Shown here: in pieces, positions 61,838 through 64,000 of the stretch | Layout: each line of letters starts with the position of its first letter | How positions within the stretch are numbered: position 1 is the first letter of the stretch | NCBI GenBank assembly: GCA_905479295.1 | Contig: CAJQLY010000002.1 | Coordinates: 7,812 to 71,811, forward strand | Direction: 5' to 3' | Length of the DNA stretch: 64,000 nucleotides | DNA from: an uncultured Gammaproteobacteria bacterium | Lineage (GTDB): Bacteria > Pseudomonadota > Gammaproteobacteria > UBA4575 | Notes under the pieces: model-generated | The model's database searches: none | What the model was told of the DNA's origin: nothing | The model's input: only the letters and a program-made list of their open reading frames with translations | Program-made: the position numbers and the translations under genes

Positions 61838-62368
61838 ATGAAGTTAGTGATAATTATTTCAGTGCTGTTTTTCACTATTTGGGCAGTATTTAATGCATTT
61901 TTGCTTGGTTATATTCCTATTGAGTTTATCCCAGAAAAAATAAATAGTTTTAAATCACCACAATCAATAGCATCTTTAGGTGACTCAGCTTCTATCCTAG
62001 ACAGTTTTTTTCTTCCTTTGCATTAATCTTGGGACTAATTGCAGTATTAATGCAAGGCCTAGAATTAAAGGCTTCAACTGCTGCGCAAACTGAACAAGCA
62101 GTAGCGTTGACAGAGCAAATCAAACAACAGCAAGAGTCAAATCGTGTGGGTGCCTATACAGCTTGTCTGCAGTTTTTATTATCTGGAGCAGATCGAATAG
62201 ATTTAAAAATAACTCAGTTAGTTGTTGAGGTTGAAACCATTTCGGATTTACAAAAAAAAAGCAGAAAAATGGGATTTAATTAAGAACCTTCGTAATAAAG
62301 AACTTAAGTATAGAGATGAAGCGATGGGAATTAATGAAACAATTAAGTCTCAACTTGATGAAGTCTAG
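61838..62368 (+). pseudogene. AT-rich membrane-protein gene split by two homopolymer frameshifts
   Basis: Changing T7 (62005-62011) to T8 and A9 (62252-62260) to A8 restores one 176-aa ORF ending at TAG 62368. Confidence 0.65.
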
Positions 62369-62383
62369 AAGAAGTAACATTAG

Positions 62384-62515
62384 CAATGGTTAGGCTGTAT
62401 GCAACAAGCCTTAGAATCTCTCGACTATCCAACAGACTTCATTCAATACTTGATCGAACAATTAACTATACCTGTAACACGCATCCGACAGGCTTGTCAG
62501 TCTAAGCATCAGTAA
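62384..62515 (+). pseudogene. 3' remnant of a group II truncated hemoglobin gene
   Basis: QWLGCMQQALESLDYPTDFIQYLIEQLTIPVTRIRQAC resembles trHb-II G/H helices (WLxCMxxAL); in-frame TAG immediately upstream. Confidence 0.65.
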
Positions 62516-62635
62516 TCCTATTAACTTTAAAGGTCTTTTTATGCAGGTAATTAATGGGATTGACTATACATTCACAATCTTCGACGCTGAAATATATATC
62601 GATATATCAAAAGAAGGAAATTAATACCTTAGGGA

Positions 62636-63367
62636 CTAACCCTCAACCACCAACTGCCCCTCCAAGTAATGCTGCGCAATACTCGAGGTCGGTGCTTTAA
62701 AAAAGCTATTGGCATCAGCCTGTTCTGCCAACTTCCCCTGATAGATAAAAATCACTTCATCCGCTAGTCGCTGTGCCTGCGGAATGTCATGCGTGGTCAT
62801 GATGATCTTGCTGCCGCTGTCACGAAATTGTTTGACTAGGGTTTCAAATTGATAGGCCGCTGGTGGGTCTAGGGCAACGGTTGGTTCGTCTAGCAGCAAT
62901 ACTTTAGGTCGTAGTACCCAAGCACGGGCGAGTGATAGGCGCTGTATTTCGCCGCCGGATAAACTACTGACTTTGCGCTGCTGTAATTCACTGAGACCAC
63001 AGACATCTAAGGCATGCTCGATGCGTTCTTGTTGTTGTGCTTTCTCTGTGTGACTAAGCGAGAGTACAAATTCTAAGTGAAAGCGTACCGAGCGATCAAA
63101 GAAGCTGGGTTTTTGTAAAACTAGTGTGCGCCAGTATTGTTGGCTGTTGGGTATCTGTTGCTGCCAATAGATAGTGCCAGAGGAAGGTTCTATTACACCG
63201 TGTAGTAATTTGAGTAATAGGCTTTTACCTGCACCATTATGGCCAAGAATCATGCTGATGCCGGGGGATTGGATTTCGACTGAGAAATCTTCAATCAAGG
63301 CCTTGTTGTCGATCGTGTAGTTGACCTTGTCTAGGCATAGCGGCAGGTGTTGGTTTGGCTGCGTCAT
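62636..63367 (-). CDS. tupC: ABC transporter ATP-binding subunit, TupC-like
   Basis: GHNGAGKS, LSGGE, LLLDEPT, TTHD; follows the TupB-like permease. Confidence 0.82.
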   Translation of the reverse strand: MTQPNQHLPLCLDKVNYTIDNKALIEDFSVEIQSPGISMILGHNGAGKSLLLKLLHGVIEPSSGTIYWQQQIPNSQQYWRTLVLQKPSFFDRSVRFHLEFVLSLSHTEKAQQQERIEHALDVCGLSELQQRKVSSLSGGEIQRLSLARAWVLRPKVLLLDEPTVALDPPAAYQFETLVKQFRDSGSKIIMTTHDIPQAQRLADEVIFIYQGKLAEQADANSFFKAPTSSIAQHYLEGQLVVEG

Positions 63368-63377
63368 CTGATTAGTG

Positions 63378-64000
63378 TTAGCTACGGTTCTTTAGACGAT
63401 GATCATCACGAATAATAATCATTAGGCTGGTGATGCTGAAGGAGATCAATAATAAGATCAGGCCTAGGGCCATTGCTAGCTCAAGATTACCTTTGCTGGT
63501 TTCTAGTGCAATAGTCGTGGTCATCACGCGTGAGACATGGTTGATGTTGCCACCAACGATTAAGACCGCACCGACTTCTGCCGATGCACGACCAAAGCCG
63601 GTTAGCACAGAGGTAATAAGGGCGCGTCGGGCATCCCATAGTAACGGTAGGATGACTTGCGATTGGCGTGCGCCTAGTGCCTTGAATTGTTCTAGTTGGC
63701 GTTGGTAATGCTCGCCAATGGCCTGCTGCATTAGGCTCGCAATAATCGGTAATATTAGTATCGACTGTGCCAGCACCATTGCGCTAGATGAGAATAAAAG
63801 GTTGAGGTCACCGAGTGGCCCTGAGCGAGATAACAGCATGTAGAGGCCAAGGCCTACGACGACGGGTGGTAAGCCCATTAAGGCGGTCAGTACACTAGTG
63901 ATGGCGCTATGTCCGATAAAACGGTAGCAGGCCAAGATGGCCCCCAGTGGGATCGCAATCAGGCTGGCGATCAATACTGCACTGAGGCTGACACGCAGCG
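63378..64000 (-). CDS. tupB: Tungstate/molybdate ABC permease TupB-like; 5' end outside the window
   Basis: MGLPPVVVGL..Y.LLSRSGPLG, FGRA.AEVGA..IVGGNI...RVMTT.I.LETSKG; frame stays open to the window edge. Confidence 0.88.
   Translation of the reverse strand, partial: LRVSLSAVLIASLIAIPLGAILACYRFIGHSAITSVLTALMGLPPVVVGLGLYMLLSRSGPLGDLNLLFSSSAMVLAQSILILPIIASLMQQAIGEHYQRQLEQFKALGARQSQVILPLLWDARRALITSVLTGFGRASAEVGAVLIVGGNINHVSRVMTTTIALETSKGNLELAMALGLILLLISFSITSLMIIIRDDHRLKNRS

Noticed and set aside
60626..62416. Exact 18-bp direct repeat ATGCAACAAGCCTTAGAA (60626-60643 and 62399-62416) as att sites or a target duplication
   Set aside because: Both copies encode MQQALE, which fits each protein context (UbiI C-terminus, globin helix). 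The enclosed genes include core ppiC and there is no integrase. Treated as probable coincidence.
62594..62607. ATATATCGATATAT palindrome as a ModE/tungstate operator
   Set aside because: It is downstream of tupC rather than upstream of the operon, and low complexity.

Overview
A gene-dense, mostly core-genome stretch of a Gammaproteobacterium. GC looks mid-40s % by eye. The gene order resembles Pseudomonas/Chromatiales-type organisms and a marine lifestyle is plausible, but both are inferences. Housekeeping blocks: cysQ/yrfG, yggT-proC-yggS/pilT, gshB-tonB-yqgE-yqgF-pyrR-pyrB-pyrC'-pyrK, metK-ahcY-rsmE, tkt-gap-pgk-pyk-fba (class I), bioD, deaD, purC/purE-purK-acuI, rpe-gph-trpEGDC-speD, coq7, rplM-rpsI, rpiA/ilvA, zapB-like-zapA-6S RNA-EVE, ygfB-pepP-ubiH-ubiI, ppiC and a tupBC-type ABC transporter. 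No CRISPR array, tRNA, rRNA, transposase or integrase was seen. The most interesting signals mostly fall outside the ORF track: (1) an unannotated sRNA-like unit (promoter, palindrome, anti-SD CU motif, strong terminator) between a 2Fe-2S ferredoxin gene and rplM; (2) a compact three-gene operon of unknown function (small helical protein, orphan Xre/MbcA-like antitoxin domain, YkgJ Cys-cluster protein) with no toxin; (3) a 17-aa Trp leader peptide and probable attenuator in front of trpE; (4) an oxyR gene with three frameshifts; (5) an AT-rich variable locus with a doubly frameshifted membrane gene and the 3' remnant of a group II truncated hemoglobin; (6) a histone-H1-like protein made of six near-identical 36-bp repeats. 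All calls come from reading the sequence; no searches were run.
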